A stretch of DNA of 63,448 nt, the filler included, from Reclinomonas americana ATCC 50394 (lineage: Eukaryota), in assembly GCA_048213135.1 (NCBI GenBank). It is 5 parts of 3 records of this genome, joined end to end, with 100 filler letters (N's around TTAATTAATTAA, not from the genome) between each part and the next. Parts side by side here need not be neighbours in the genome. Positions count along the whole stretch, not along the records: positions 35,041 to 46,407 come from PS015277.1; positions 46,508 to 61,288 come from PS015277.1; 3 more parts are not named here. One strand, written 5' to 3'. The notes under the pieces were generated by a model, which was not told the DNA's origin, ran no database searches, and worked only from the letters and a program-made list of their open reading frames with translations. Shown one piece after another: positions 41,392-53,683 of this stretch (positions within the stretch are counted from its first letter, which is position 1; each line of letters opens with the position of its first letter). A program made the position numbers and the translations under genes.

Positions 41392-41655
41392 GTGAGGAGC
41401 GGCTTTGCGTGTCGCGAGCATGGAGTTGCACTCACTACCAGGNNNNNNNNNNNNNNNNNNNNNNNNNNNNNNNNNNNNNNNNNNNNNNNNNNNNNNNNNN
41501 NNNNNNNNNNNNNNNNNNNNNNNNNNNNNNNNNNNNNNNNNNNNNNNNNNNNNNNNNNNNNNNNNNNNNNNNNNNNNNNNNNNNNNNNNNNNNNNNNNNN
41601 NNNNNNNNNNNNNNNNNNNNNNNNNNNNNNNNNNNNNNNNNNNNNNNNNNNNNNG

Positions 41656-42890
41656 GGGGAGGACGCACCTCCACCACCACCGCCACCATCACTACCCATG
41701 ATCTGATTTTTCCACTCTCTCACTCTCGCTCTTGTCTCAACTCACGCGCACGATGGGGAGTGTTCAAGTAAACAACAAGGTAAACGGAGACCCGTGTATT
41801 GCAGGGTGATTGTGTAGTTACATCGGATTGAGTCGTCTTGGGCGCTGCTGCTGCTGCTGCTGTTGTTGCTGGTACTGCTGCTGCTGCTGCTGCGCGAATT
41901 GGCCAGAGCCCGTGGACGAGAAAGACGCGGCGCTGGTTGAACGCCGCGTGCCGGCCGTCGAAGGAGGTCGGTGTTGCTGTGGCGGCGCGCCATTGTGGCG
42001 GATGCGGGGCAGCGACTTGGACTGAATTGGTGCCAGCGGGCCGCGGCCCGAGTTGGAGGCCGACGACGGAGCGTCCAGCCCAGCATCGGTCCACGTCCGT
42101 TGCAACTGCTCAATCTCCATCCGTGCACGCTCCAGCTGCTGCGACACGCGCTGGAACTCGGACTTCCACTGTGCCGGCGGCACATCGTCGACCGCGTACA
42201 TTTCCTCACGCAGCGTGCCGAGCTCCTTGAAGGCCTCCATCTTTTCGCGCTTCTGCTTGTCCACGAACTTGCGAAGCGCCAGCATTTCCTAGTGTCATGC
42301 ACGCCACAGATTAGTCGCCGCTCCTTTCCCTCCTTGTGTGATCTGCTCGGCTTTCTCACCTTTTCTCTCCTCGTCTCCAACGCCTCATTGTCCTTGTTGA
42401 ATTGCACTTCGATCGACTGCAAGCGACTCAGCTCGCGGTCTTTGCTCTCCAACTCGGTCAACATGGCGTCCACATCCACCGTACTCCATCTGCGGTACGG
42501 TGAGCACAGCGCCAACACGGAGTGATGCACTTGTCTCTCGACTTGACGCACCTCTCGTACTTCTTCGCCTTGGCCTCCAACTCCTCCAACATTTGTGCAT
42601 TCTTGACCTTCCACTGCACCAGTGATTGCTTGGTCTTGAGCTGCATGCATCGGGAAAAAAGTGAGAATAACTGTCGCTCCTTCACAGGCATACGATCAAC
42701 AACAGACCTGCACTTCCAGCTCCTTGCGCAACTGCTCGACTTGCATCTCTTGCGTGTTGAGCGAGTTCTGTGCATTGAACAGACTCTGTCGCAACACGCT
42801 CTCCTTCTCCTCAATGGTCTGCAGCGTGGACCAGTAGGAGCGCGTCACAGTCTTCTTGAACTGCTCCGCTTCGTGCAACTACAATCGAGA
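41656..42890 (-). CDS. Coiled-coil exons resembling the CCDC162 C-terminus, on the opposite strand
   Basis: LRQSLFNAQNSLNTQEMQVEQLRKELE|, SLVQWKVKNAQMLEELEAKAKKYE|RWSTVDVD..|..KQKREKMEAFKELGTLREEM. Confidence 0.65.
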
Positions 42891-44038
42891 GATCGAGTCA
42901 GNNNNNNNNNNNNNNNNNNNNNNNNNNNNNNNNNNNNNNNNNNNNNNNNNNNNNNNNNNNNNNNNNNNNNNNNNNNNNNNNNNNNNNNNNNNNNNNNNNN
43001 NNNNNNNNNNNNNNNNNNNNNNNNNNNNNNNNNNNNNNNNNNNNNNNNNNNNNNNNNNNNNNNNNNNNNNNNNNNNNNNNNNNNNNNNNNNNNNNNNNNN
43101 NNNNNNNNNNNNNNNNNNNNNNNNNNNNNNNNNNNNNNNNNNNNNNNNNNNNNNNNNNNNNNNNNNNNNNNNNNNNNNNNNNNNNNNNNNNNNNNNNNNN
43201 NNNNNNNNNNNNNNNNNNNNNNNNNNNNNNNNNNNNNNNNNNNNNNNNNNNNNNNNNNNNNNNNNNNNNNNNNNNNNNNNNNNNNNNNNNNNNNNNNNNN
43301 NNNNNNNNNNNNNNNNNNNNNNNNNNNNNNNNNNNNNNNNNNNNNNNNNNNNNNNNNNNNNNNNNNNNNNNNNNNNNNNNNNNNNNNNNNNNNNNNNNNN
43401 NNNNNNNNNNNNNNNNNNNNNNNNNNNNNNNNNNNNNNNNNNNNNNNNNNNNNNNNNNNNNNNNNNNNNNNNNNNNNNNNNNNNNNNNNNNNNNNNNNNN
43501 NNNNNNNNNNNNNNNNNNNNNNNNNNNNNNNNNNNNNNNNNNNNNNNNNNNNNNNNNNNNNNNNNNNNNNNNNNNNNNNNNNNNNNNNNNNNNNNNNNNN
43601 NNNNNNNNNNNNNNNNNNNNNNNAGTGAGTGAGTGAGTGAGTGAGTGAGTGAGTGAGTGAGTGAGTGAGTGAGTGAGTGAGTGTGAGAGAGTGAGTGAGT
43701 GAGTGAGTGAGTGAGTGTGTGTGAGAGAGAGTGAGTGAGTGTGAGAGAGTGAGTGAGTGAGGGAAGGGAATGAGTGAGTGAGTGAGTGAGTGAGTGTGTG
43801 TGTGTGTGTGTTTGTGAGTGTGAGAGAGTACGTTTGGCCGAGTCCTGCAATGACACACTCAGTGTCTCCAGAGGCACATACTCCACGACATTGCCCGACG
43901 GCACTGCAGGCGATGACGCAGAGGAGGACGAGGAGGAAGCAGAGCTACTCAACGGCACAGCGGGCAACATCACACACAAAGAGAGAGAGACAAACACGCG
44001 CGCGAGTTGTGTCTGTCTCTCATCTCACACACTCACTC

Positions 44039-44956
44039 ATGCGCGTCTGCGTGCTCGTTGTTGCTCTTCTTGTGTGCGCTGTGTGCGTCACCGACGCACT
44101 GCGCATCATGTCATACAACATCCGCTCCGGCTCCGACATCAACAACGCCTACAACATTACGCGCACAGGCGAGCAGGTGCGCCAGTTGCGTGCCTCTCTG
44201 GTCGGCCTGCAAGAGGTCGACCAGTTGACCGCGCGACACGCAGGCGACGATCAACCGGCGATCTTGTCGCGTGTGTCGGGCCTTCCGCATGTGGCGTACG
44301 GGCGAATGCGCGACTTTGAGGGCGGCGGATATGGCGTTGCGGTGTTGTCGGCGTTTCCGATTCTCGAACAACGTGTGTTTCATTACGCCCCGCCTGGCGG
44401 CAAACCAACTACGGTAAGCCTAGCTATAGCTTTTTACATAACACAGTAGATGCTGATTTGTGTTTGGTACACTTGGCAGCCGGCGCAGTGTGCGGTGCCG
44501 GTGAGCAATGATTTCTGTCAGGGTGTTGTGGCGGTGCGCGTGCAGCCGGATGAGTTTGGTGGGCGTGACTTGTGGTTTGCGACGACGCATTTGGGGCTGG
44601 GCGGTGGCCAGTTCAATGAGACGGTGCAGTTGGTGGAGATGGTGCGCTCGTTGAGTGTTGACGGGAGTGTGCCGGTGGTGGTCACGGGCGATTTCAATAG
44701 TGTGCCCTCGGATGCCGACATTGCGGAGGTGATGAGCCGGGAGATGATTGATGTGTGGACGCAGTGTGGTGATGGCTCGGCGGGCTACACCTTCAACTCG
44801 GCCATGCCGTCGGAGCGCATCGATTTCCACTTTATGGCGCGGAGCGGAAAAATGCGTGGTGATCCTGCTCGAGGTCTCGTGTGCTCCGGCGCCAAGGTGC
44901 CTGTCACGGAGGTCTCTGATCATCGGCCGGTGATTGCCGAGTACACGCTGCAATGA
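44039..44956 (+). CDS. Secreted endonuclease/exonuclease/phosphatase (EEP) family hydrolase; one intron 44414-44479
   Basis: Signal peptide MRVCVLVVALLVCAVCVTDA; LRIMSYNI, VGLQEVD, YGVAVLS, ATTHL, VTGDFN, RIDFHF, SDHRPV. Confidence 0.93.
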
Positions 44957-45025
44957 ACAACGCTTTTGTATTCCACTGAAGAAGGGGAGAGGAAAGAGAG
45001 CAAAAAAAAATTGAGGGTCACTTGC

Positions 45026-48000
45026 TCAAGCCGTGGCATTCTCCGTCAGTTGCGTGTCGCTCTCGTGCAACAGGTGCAGCCGCAGCATGCGCACGCCGCG
45101 ACCCGGCACCGTCAGCGTGATACTGTCGTTGAAGGAGCCGAGATCGACGCGCGCCCACAAATCGCGCACCAGGTACGTGTGACCGCCAGACGGCACCAGC
45201 ACATTGTAGTTTAGCGTGAGGCTCACGGGGCTCGAGTTCTGCGAGTCAGAGAGGCAGGGGCATGAGACGGGGGTGAAAGGAGAGAGTTCATTTCAGGGAA
45301 GGGGTCACCTTGTTGAACAAGACCACGGCGTGCTGACCGTCGACCAGTTGCTGTGTTCGGAGTGGGAGAGTGAGTCACAGGGGGGAAAGGCGGAGGGTGG
45401 AGAGCACGGTGCACGGCACCTTGGACCAGATCTGCGTCGAGCCGTTGTCCACGCGAATGTCACCGGCGACGCCGAGCTTGTCTTGGTTGATGGCAATCAC
45501 CTGTTGAGAAACACAGAGGGAGGGGAGGGGAGGGGGGAAGGAGGGGGAGGGGGAAGGAAGAGAGGGGGAAAGAGAGGGGGAAAGAGAGGGGGAAAGAGAG
45601 GGGGGAAGAGAGGGGGAAGAGAAGGGGAAGGGAGGGGAAGAGAGGGGGAAGGAGGAGAAGGGAAGGGAGAAGAGATTAGGGAAAGAGAAGGGGGAAGAGA
45701 AGGGAGAAGGGGTAAGAGAGAAGGAAGAGAGGGGGAAAGAGGGGAAGGAAACGGGGAAGGAAAGAGAGAAGGGAAGGAGGGAGAAGGAGGGGAAAGGGGG
45801 GAGAGAGGGGGAAAGAGGGGGGAGAGAAGGGAAGAGCAATGTGTGAGAAACACAAGAGGGAGAGAAAAAGAGCGCTATGACTGTACCTCGGGATTGGTGA
45901 GCACGAGGGTCGTGTTGCTGCGCGGATCCATGTTGACAACATCGTTGCCCTGCAAGCGTGCGACTGTGAATCAGCAGAGGAAAACATGAGCTGCTGAAGA
46001 AAGAGCAGGGGCGACGCAACGGCCAACAGCGGGGCGTTCATCAGCGACCACAGCGACATGTGCGCCTGGGCAGCTGTAGGCGAAAGAGTGTGTCAGAGGA
46101 GACTTGCAGAGTGGTGCGATGGTACTCTTACTCGCCGGTCATGTTGCGATCGCCAAAGTCGCCGTTGCCAACCTGCACAGGATGTGAGTATGAAACGCGC
46201 AGGAGAATAGCAACGAGAAGGCTCACCTCCAACATGTCGGGGTCGTTCCAGCCACCAGGGCCTGTCGCATGGATGGGAGAAGGGTGAGGGAAGGAAAGGG
46301 AGAGAGGGAAAGAGGGGGAAAGAGGGGGAAAGAGGGGGAAAGAGGGGGAAAGAGGGGGAAAGAGGGGAAGGAGGGAGAGGAGGGAAGAGGGAGAGGGAAG
46401 GAGGAGGNNNNNNNNNNNNNNNNNNNNNNNNNNNNNNNNNNNNNNNNNNNNTTAATTAATTAANNNNNNNNNNNNNNNNNNNNNNNNNNNNNNNNNNNNN
46501 NNNNNNNAGGAGGGGGAAGGAGGGGGAAAGAGGGGGAAGGAGGGGGAAAGAGTAGGGGGAAAAGAGGGGAAAAGAGGGGAGGAGAGGGGAGGAGAGGGGG
46601 AAAGAGGGGGAAGAGAGGGGGAAGGAGGGGGAAGGAGGGGGAAGGGGAGAGAGAGAGAGGAAGGGGAGGGAAGGATGGAGAGTGACAGCACACACACAAT
46701 ACACATTGGCGAGCTCACCAGCGTACTTGCTGAGTCCACGCATGGAGTCGACAATCTGCAAAAACATGATTTACATACCACGCACAACGAGAGAAAGTTA
46801 GCAGCGAAAGAGTCCCGCACCTGCACCATGCGGTCCCAGCTGTGCAGGAGTCGTGAGTCATTACGCACATGCTTGTAAACTGGCACGCAAAACACGAACG
46901 CACCTGGCGTTGATGTCGCCAGTCGTGCGCCACGAATTGCCTGTCGTGAAGTATTGAGCACCGAGACGCACAAAAGTGAATAAATGACACAATCAACTCA
47001 CCAACAGGCATCGCCCACGACCTGGTGGCAACGGAGAGAATGAGTGAGCAACAAAAGACGAGTAACACTGACTGTGGTTTCACGTCTCACCATGGCTGGT
47101 CGACACCTGTGCATCGAACACGCAGTCAGACAGAAGGCTACACAGCGACTTTCATCGCACATTCCACTCACCCCACTCGCACATCGAGAAGAAAATCGGA
47201 CGACCACTGGCCAGCAGCGCGTCACGAATCTGCGCGTGGCAAAATGTTACACACACACGCACACATGTGCAAACACACCACCGACAGTCGACACACCTTG
47301 GGATAGCGGTCACGCGGAGTCATGCCGTCCGTGTAGCACCCTGCACAAGGTCAGCAAAACGGTTTCCCCACACACATGTGCTCTCCACAAGCACAACGCA
47401 ACAGTCGACCTTCAGGTAATCGACACCCTGCACGACAACTGGTGAGCGACGAGTGCAAAACAGGCAACACCACACAAGCACAACACACCATGCCCGCAAA
47501 CGTGTTGGCGTCCTTGGTCTCGTAGCCATAAATGCCCGGTCGGCCCTGGCACGTCTTGTAGCCCTGGTGTTATGCAAGCGCGTTGAGAATCACCGTGCAC
47601 TTTCTCTGTCTCTCTCGCTCGTCTCAGCGCACCGCATCCGTGTAAATGCCAAACTTGAGACCCTTGCTGTGCACGTAGTCGGCTGCAACCATACAGACAC
47701 ACACAAGCAGTGAGTTGCATGCAGCATATAACGCGTCCACTTGTCGCAACACACCAAGCGCCTTGACCCCCGACGGGAACTTCTTCGGATCCGCAATCTG
47801 CAACAGAGAGAGAGAGAAAGAGCAAAGGAGAAGGAAACGGGGCAAAGGAGATGAGAAGTGGTGAGTGTAGTTGAGAAAGGAGCTGAGAGACGCAGGCAGA
47901 GAGACGGAAAGAGGAGGAGAAGTGAAGAGTGCAGCTGAGAAGGAGACAGACAGAGACAGGCAGACAGAGATAGGCAGAGAGAGAGAGAGAGGAGGAGAGA

Positions 48001-48957
48001 GAGAGACAAAGGAGAAGGAAAGGGGGCAAAGGAGAGAAGGAAAGAGAAGGAGAAGTGGAGAGTGCAGTTGACAAGGAGACAGGCAGAGACAAGCAGAGAG
48101 AGGGAGAGAGAGAAAGAGAAAGAGGTCACGCTCACAGCTTACATACCAACGTGCCACTCGAATCACGGCCGATAAACACACTGTCACGCAGCTGCTCAGC
48201 AGAGTGCACACTATATATCATCGCGCACACATGCACAAATGCAGCTCACCAGTCGTCGAGGTTAACATACTGAAACAAGACCACTAACATGAGCGAGAGA
48301 GAGACACACTGAGAGAGAGACAACTCACCTCATAGCCCTGCACAAAGAGACTCGCCTGTGTGAGTGACACAGGAGACACAGTATGTGCATCACAGACAAG
48401 CATGCACACACCGCAGCCTTGAGCCCTGCATGCATGCATAGAGTGAGAGAGAGTGAGAGAAAGACACACTCTCACATGCACTCACACGCACTCACCCTTG
48501 CTGACAAAGGCATCGGCGACTGTGCGCGCACAAGTGTGAGTGTGAGAGAAAGAGAAATGCATGACTTGTCTCTCACCTCCGCGCACAACACTCTCATCAA
48601 TGTCGCACCCGTACTTGTTCCTGCACACACACACACATAGTCACAAAGAGAGAGAGTGTGTGTGCGCGTGTGAGAGGGAGACTTACACACCAGCTGCGGA
48701 GAATTACACAGTGTAAGCACATGAGCAGAGGCGCAGTGACACGACGAGAGCAAGACACACACACCTGTTCCAGCCCATCTGCGGAGTCTGCACAGAGAGA
48801 GAGACAGAGAGAAGGGGGTCAGTGCCTCTTTTTGAGTGAGACATGTCACGCGTGTCTTGTGTGTTACCAGTCCAAGCCCATTGTTCAACGCGTACACCGG
48901 GCACAGAAGCGCAAGTGCCACCAGCAAGCAGACAAGCAGACGAGCACCGCTCAACAT
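45026..48957 (-). CDS. GH27 alpha-galactosidase (melibiase), secreted, >20 small exons
   Basis: Spliced: signal peptide, LNNGLGL|TPQMGWNS|WNKYGC, GYE|YVNLDDC, DPKKFPSG, KGLKFGIYTDA, GVDYLKVD (nucleophile), GNSWRTTGDI (acid/base), GWNDPDMLE|VGNG, VIAINQD, VRDLW. Confidence 0.95.
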
Positions 48958-48989
48958 TCTGCAATGAAAAACCCAGATTGAAAGTTCGT

Positions 48990-50605
48990 TCACTTGTTGT
49001 CTTCTTGTTCCTCCTCGTCGTCCAACAGGCTCTTCTTCATCTCTACGCGACTCGACTGCCGATCAAGCGCATGAGCATCACTGCGCGAAGCTTCACCATC
49101 TGCAATTGCAACAGTGGAGGCACCACTGCTGACTGGAGAAACGTCGGAAAACGGCTTCGCGTCTACAGCTGGTGGTGGCGGAGGTGGCGGAGGTGGAGGA
49201 GGCACGACGTGTGGATCCTTGCGGCGTGCGGCCAGGTAGAGCACCCAGCAGCCGAAGAGGAAGTGGATGGTGGCGGGGACGAGGAGCGAGTAGGTGTCGA
49301 TGTGGATGATGAGGAGCATGGAGAGGGCACCGGCGCCGAAAAACGTCATGAGGAAAGGCACAAAGACGGAGAGGCGCCAGACGAGACGCCGGTCGCGCTG
49401 CACGACCCAGAGACCGGAGATGGTGCCAATGTCGTTCGAGATGCCCGTCATGTCTGCGCACGCATGATGAGATACAGCACAACAAGTTGCACGCAAAGGG
49501 AAGGAGCAGGCGCGCGNNNNNNNNNNNNNNNNNNNNNNNNNNNNNNNNNNNNNNNNNNNNNNNNNNNNNNNNNNNNNNNNNNNNNNNNNNNNNNNNNNNN
49601 NNNNNNNNNNNNNNNNNNNNNNNNNNNNNNNNNNNNNNNNNNNNNNNNNNNNNNNNNNNNNNNNNNNNNNNNNNNNNNNNNNNNNNNNNNNNNNNNNNNN
49701 NNNNNNNNNNNNNNNNNNNNNNNNNNNNNNNNNNNNNNNNNNNNNNNNNNNNNNNNNNNNNNNNNNNNNNNNNNNNNNNNNNNNNNNTAACGAGTGGTTC
49801 GCATGAGACCGGCCGTGTACGACGTGGTGGTCGAGTTCTGCAGCCCGTTGATAAAGGCAAACATGAGCTCGCCGACGCGATCCTGCGGCCGCACGTTGGC
49901 CTTGTGGAAGTCGAGCAGCAGCGCAGCAGCAATGAGCACCAGCACCGACTCTGCCATAAACACAAAGCCGTATCGTCGCGAGGCCACCCATGGCTTGAGC
50001 GGAATGATCAGGCCGCTGACGAATCCACCGAGCATGAAGCAGAAGACGAGGCCGCACAGCATGCCGGCGTCCACGTAATGTGTGGCGACCAAGGAGCGCG
50101 CCATATTGGTCACATTGCCGGTGGTATGCGAGGAGCCTCGCCCGAAATGCGCAAACGAGAAGGCGTTGATGTAGCCGGCGCAGAAGACCAGCACGCACGC
50201 CAGCAGCACGGTCTTCATAAACACGCCCTCGGGCAGTGGCATGGGCGGCACAGCTGCTGCGCNNNNNNNNNNNNNNNNNNNNNNNNNNNNNNNNNNNNNN
50301 NGGTACCAAGGCACCGACGCAGGCGGAGGCAGTGACACTGCAGGTGTCTCCGCAGGCACCGATAACTCGACAGTGGTCGCCGACTTGGCCTTTAGCGCGT
50401 CGCCTGCCTCCTCGCCCTCTGCAACTCCCGCCTCTCCTCCTAATGAAGGCGAGCGGTGGTGGTGCTGGTGGTGCTCCTCGCCCTCGCCCTCCTCGCTCTC
50501 GCCATTGTTGCTGCTGTGGTTGACAGTGGGTGTGTCCACGAGCTCGCTCACCACCATCGTCACTGCGCGCTCGACATCGTGTGTGTGCTGTCGCGCCACT
50601 GCCAT
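48990..50605 (-). CDS. DUF1275 (YoaK-like) multi-pass membrane protein
   Basis: LVFCAGYINAFSF..SSHTTGNVT, CFMLGGFVSG, AFINGLQN..MRTT..MTGISNDIG; several hydrophobic helices. Confidence 0.88.
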
Positions 50606-50818
50606 TTACAGAATGACGCGTGCACGTGTGTGTGTGTATCACAGAGAAAGAGAGAGAGAGAGTGGAAGGGGGGAATGTCAGCGTGTGCGTGCGCGCGCCC
50701 GCGGCAACACGACGAGAAACAGAAAGAGGATGCATTCACCCCACCATTCAATCGATGAATGCATTGGGTGGTGCGTACATTGAGAGATTGGGCATGGAGG
50801 ACGCGGGCGAGCTTGTGT

Positions 50819-52995
50819 TCAGTCACGTGGTGGCAGAGCGTGAGTGGGCCCACCGCGCGGTGGCACCCCCGCACCCTGTGATGTGGTCAGCAAGCAGAGG
50901 AGGATGAGGAAGAGAGCAAGACGGCATGGACGAACCATGGTGACTGGTGTCGACGAGTGTGGCATTGTCACTCGTTGTGGCGAGGCCATGTACATGCCGG
51001 GGTAACTGCGCGAGGTGCAATTGATGTGTGTTTCTGTGCGCATCCTCTCATTGATCTTGTACGCACCCCACAGAGGCACCGTAGGCGAACTGGAATGGCG
51101 ACGGTGGCATGGCGGGTGCGTACACGGGGCCTTGTGGGCTGAACAGCATCATTGGCTGCGCGAAAGTTAGTGTGTGGCACGCCAGGCAGGCGAAGGGGGA
51201 GCGACAACACCTGCATGTGTCGCGGTGGCTGTGGCGGCGGTGGTGGTGGGGAGGAGAACATGTAGTGGCTGGGTGGTGGGTGGCGTGTGGGCGGGGAGGC
51301 AAACACCATCTCAGGCGACACCATGATGGTGGTGGTACTGGCGGTGGTGGTCGTGGTGGCCATCGGCGGCGGTGAAGACATTGTGGCGGTCATCATCGGG
51401 GCCAGGCGCGGAGGAGGAGCAGGAGCCACGTCGATGGAGGAGTCGTCGACGTATTCGGGCTGCGGAGGGCGGGTGAGGAAGGAGTGGCCTGTGCGTGCGA
51501 TCGGGGTGCAGGTCGACTCACCTTGTATGCAGGCGGTGAGTCCCATGTGTGCCTGGCGCTGAAGGGAGGGAGGAGGGGGAATGGTGAAAGGGGAGGGGGA
51601 AGGGGGAAGGGGTGAGGGAGGCAGGAGGGAGGAGAAGCGAGGAAAGTGAGGAGGGGGAGGGGAGTGACAGAGAGAGAGTGTGTGAGAGTGAGAAAGACAG
51701 ACGCAACTGCGACCGAGAGGTGAAACGCGCGTCGGGTCGAGCAAATTGCACATGCAGTCGCATGCCAAACACCTCGCTGTTGTTCATGGTCTGTTGGTGC
51801 AGAGTGGGGTTCAGTTGTGAGAAGAACGGGAGGAGAGGAGGGGAATGGGACTCACGGCGACAGCATGCTTGGCATCCTTGTGCCGGACGAATGCGACAAA
51901 GCCGTACAGGAGACTCTCGTTGGTCTCCTTGTTCATCATGACGCGGCACGAGCTGATGGTGCCGAACTCCTTGAAGATCTGGTACAGTTGCTGCACGCGG
52001 ATGGCGGTGAGTGATGTGTCGGCGACCGTGACTAACACACAAGACGAACCCGGCTGTCGATTGAGTGATGCAGGTTGCGGATGTACAAGTTGGCGACACG
52101 CGTGCGCGGCGACGGTCGGTAGCCGGGTCGGAAGCGCCTGTGACGAGAGCGGTGAGCACGGACAACATGGAGCATCGGATGCATGCGCGCGCGACACACC
52201 TGGCGGGCGACAGGATCATCTCGCGCCGGTACAGCCGCGTGTAGTTGAAGTAGTCAATGGCTTCCTCGGCCTGGGTGTTGAAGGTGAGCAGGAGAGGGGG
52301 AGGGGAGGTGAGGCAGCAGTACCATTTCGGGAGTGAGGAACTTGACGTAGGCGTAGCCGCGTGATTCGAACGTGTCGGACGATCTGCGTGGCCTGCACGT
52401 GAGCACACAGAAGCACGACACGCAGACGTACGCACACACACACCTCACGAGTTTGATGTTCACAACCAGCAGGCCAGGGTGTGCCGAGAAGAAGCTGCAC
52501 AAAGACACAGTGAGAAAGGGGAACAGGCGGGGGAGAGCAAACAAGAAGGCAGTCAGTCGACTTTTGCAAGATGAGCTCATCGACAACGGGGTCGAGGTTG
52601 CTGCAGTGCACTGAGCCAGGCACCATCAAGCCCTCTTCTTCCTCTTCCTCCTCTTCTTCCTCTTCTTCCTCCTCCTCCTCGTGGAATGCCTCCTCTCCAT
52701 CCTCGTCAAACACGTTGTCTTGGTCGTCCACAGGCGACACCTCCCCACGCTGTGTGTGAGAGAGAGAGACAGAGAGAGTGACTTTTATGACAAGTTGTGT
52801 GATCAAAGTGACTTTCATGCTGACCACTGAGGCGGCCAATGCCGGCCACATTTCCTCCTGTTCTGCTCGCGTGTGTGTGGAGAGAGAGTGTGCAAGAGGA
52901 GGTTGGCGAGTGCGACGGAGAGCGCGTGGAGTGTGTCGCGTGTGTGCCTTGCGACGTGAGCTGCTTGGTGGATCGTGTGGTGTGGTGTCGGCCAT
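50819..52995 (-). CDS. Two-RRM RNA-binding protein (divergent PABP-like RRM1/2) with acidic N-terminus and Pro-rich C-terminus
   Basis: SVHCSNLDPVVDE..SRGYAYVKF; NLYIRNL..LYQIFKEFGTISSCRVM..YGFVAF..MNNSEVFGMRLHVQFA. Confidence 0.85.
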
Positions 52996-53683
52996 GAGTG
53001 GGTGTTGTGTGAGAGAGTGAGAGAGAGAGAGAGAAGGGGGGAGGGGGAGTGTGTGTGCTCTTTGCGTGTGTCGTAAAAGTGCAGGTTTGCGATGCGTGAA
53101 GCGCCAAAGTTGGTTGGTTGGGCGGCTGGTGGAAATTGAATTCAAAGGCGAGGTCGCGAATCCACACCGGAAACGCAGCTGCATGATGGTAATGAGCTTA
53201 AGTGAGCACCAGCAGAATTGTGGCAGCATGTAAAAAGCGAGAAAAAAAGTCGATTGGTGAATGAATTGTTGTCGAAATACGTGCATGCGTGTGTACATGT
53301 TGTCGGCAACGACGGTGCACGTTTGTGGCGGAAGCAGTCTCTTCACAGAGTCTTGCATGCTAACCCGGCCGCTTGTCTTCGGACGGCGGCGGTCACCCTG
53401 AAAATCCTCTTGAGCGCTCGTTGGCTCGGTGGTGCATGCACCGGTACCTGCAATTGCAATCCGGAAAAAGATGCAACCATGCTGCCCGCTGCGTTGGTGC
53501 TCGCTGCCTGCTGAAGTGTGTCGAAGGAGGTCACGTGTCGAAGCCCATGGGACCACGTGCTTGCCTCTCGCAGCGAGCTCCGCTGTCAACGGATCCGGAT
53601 GGAATGCCGTCTTCCATCAAAGGCAGTGTCTTTTTGCTCTTCACATCCAGCTCCTCCTTCATCACCGCCCGAGATTGCGAGCT

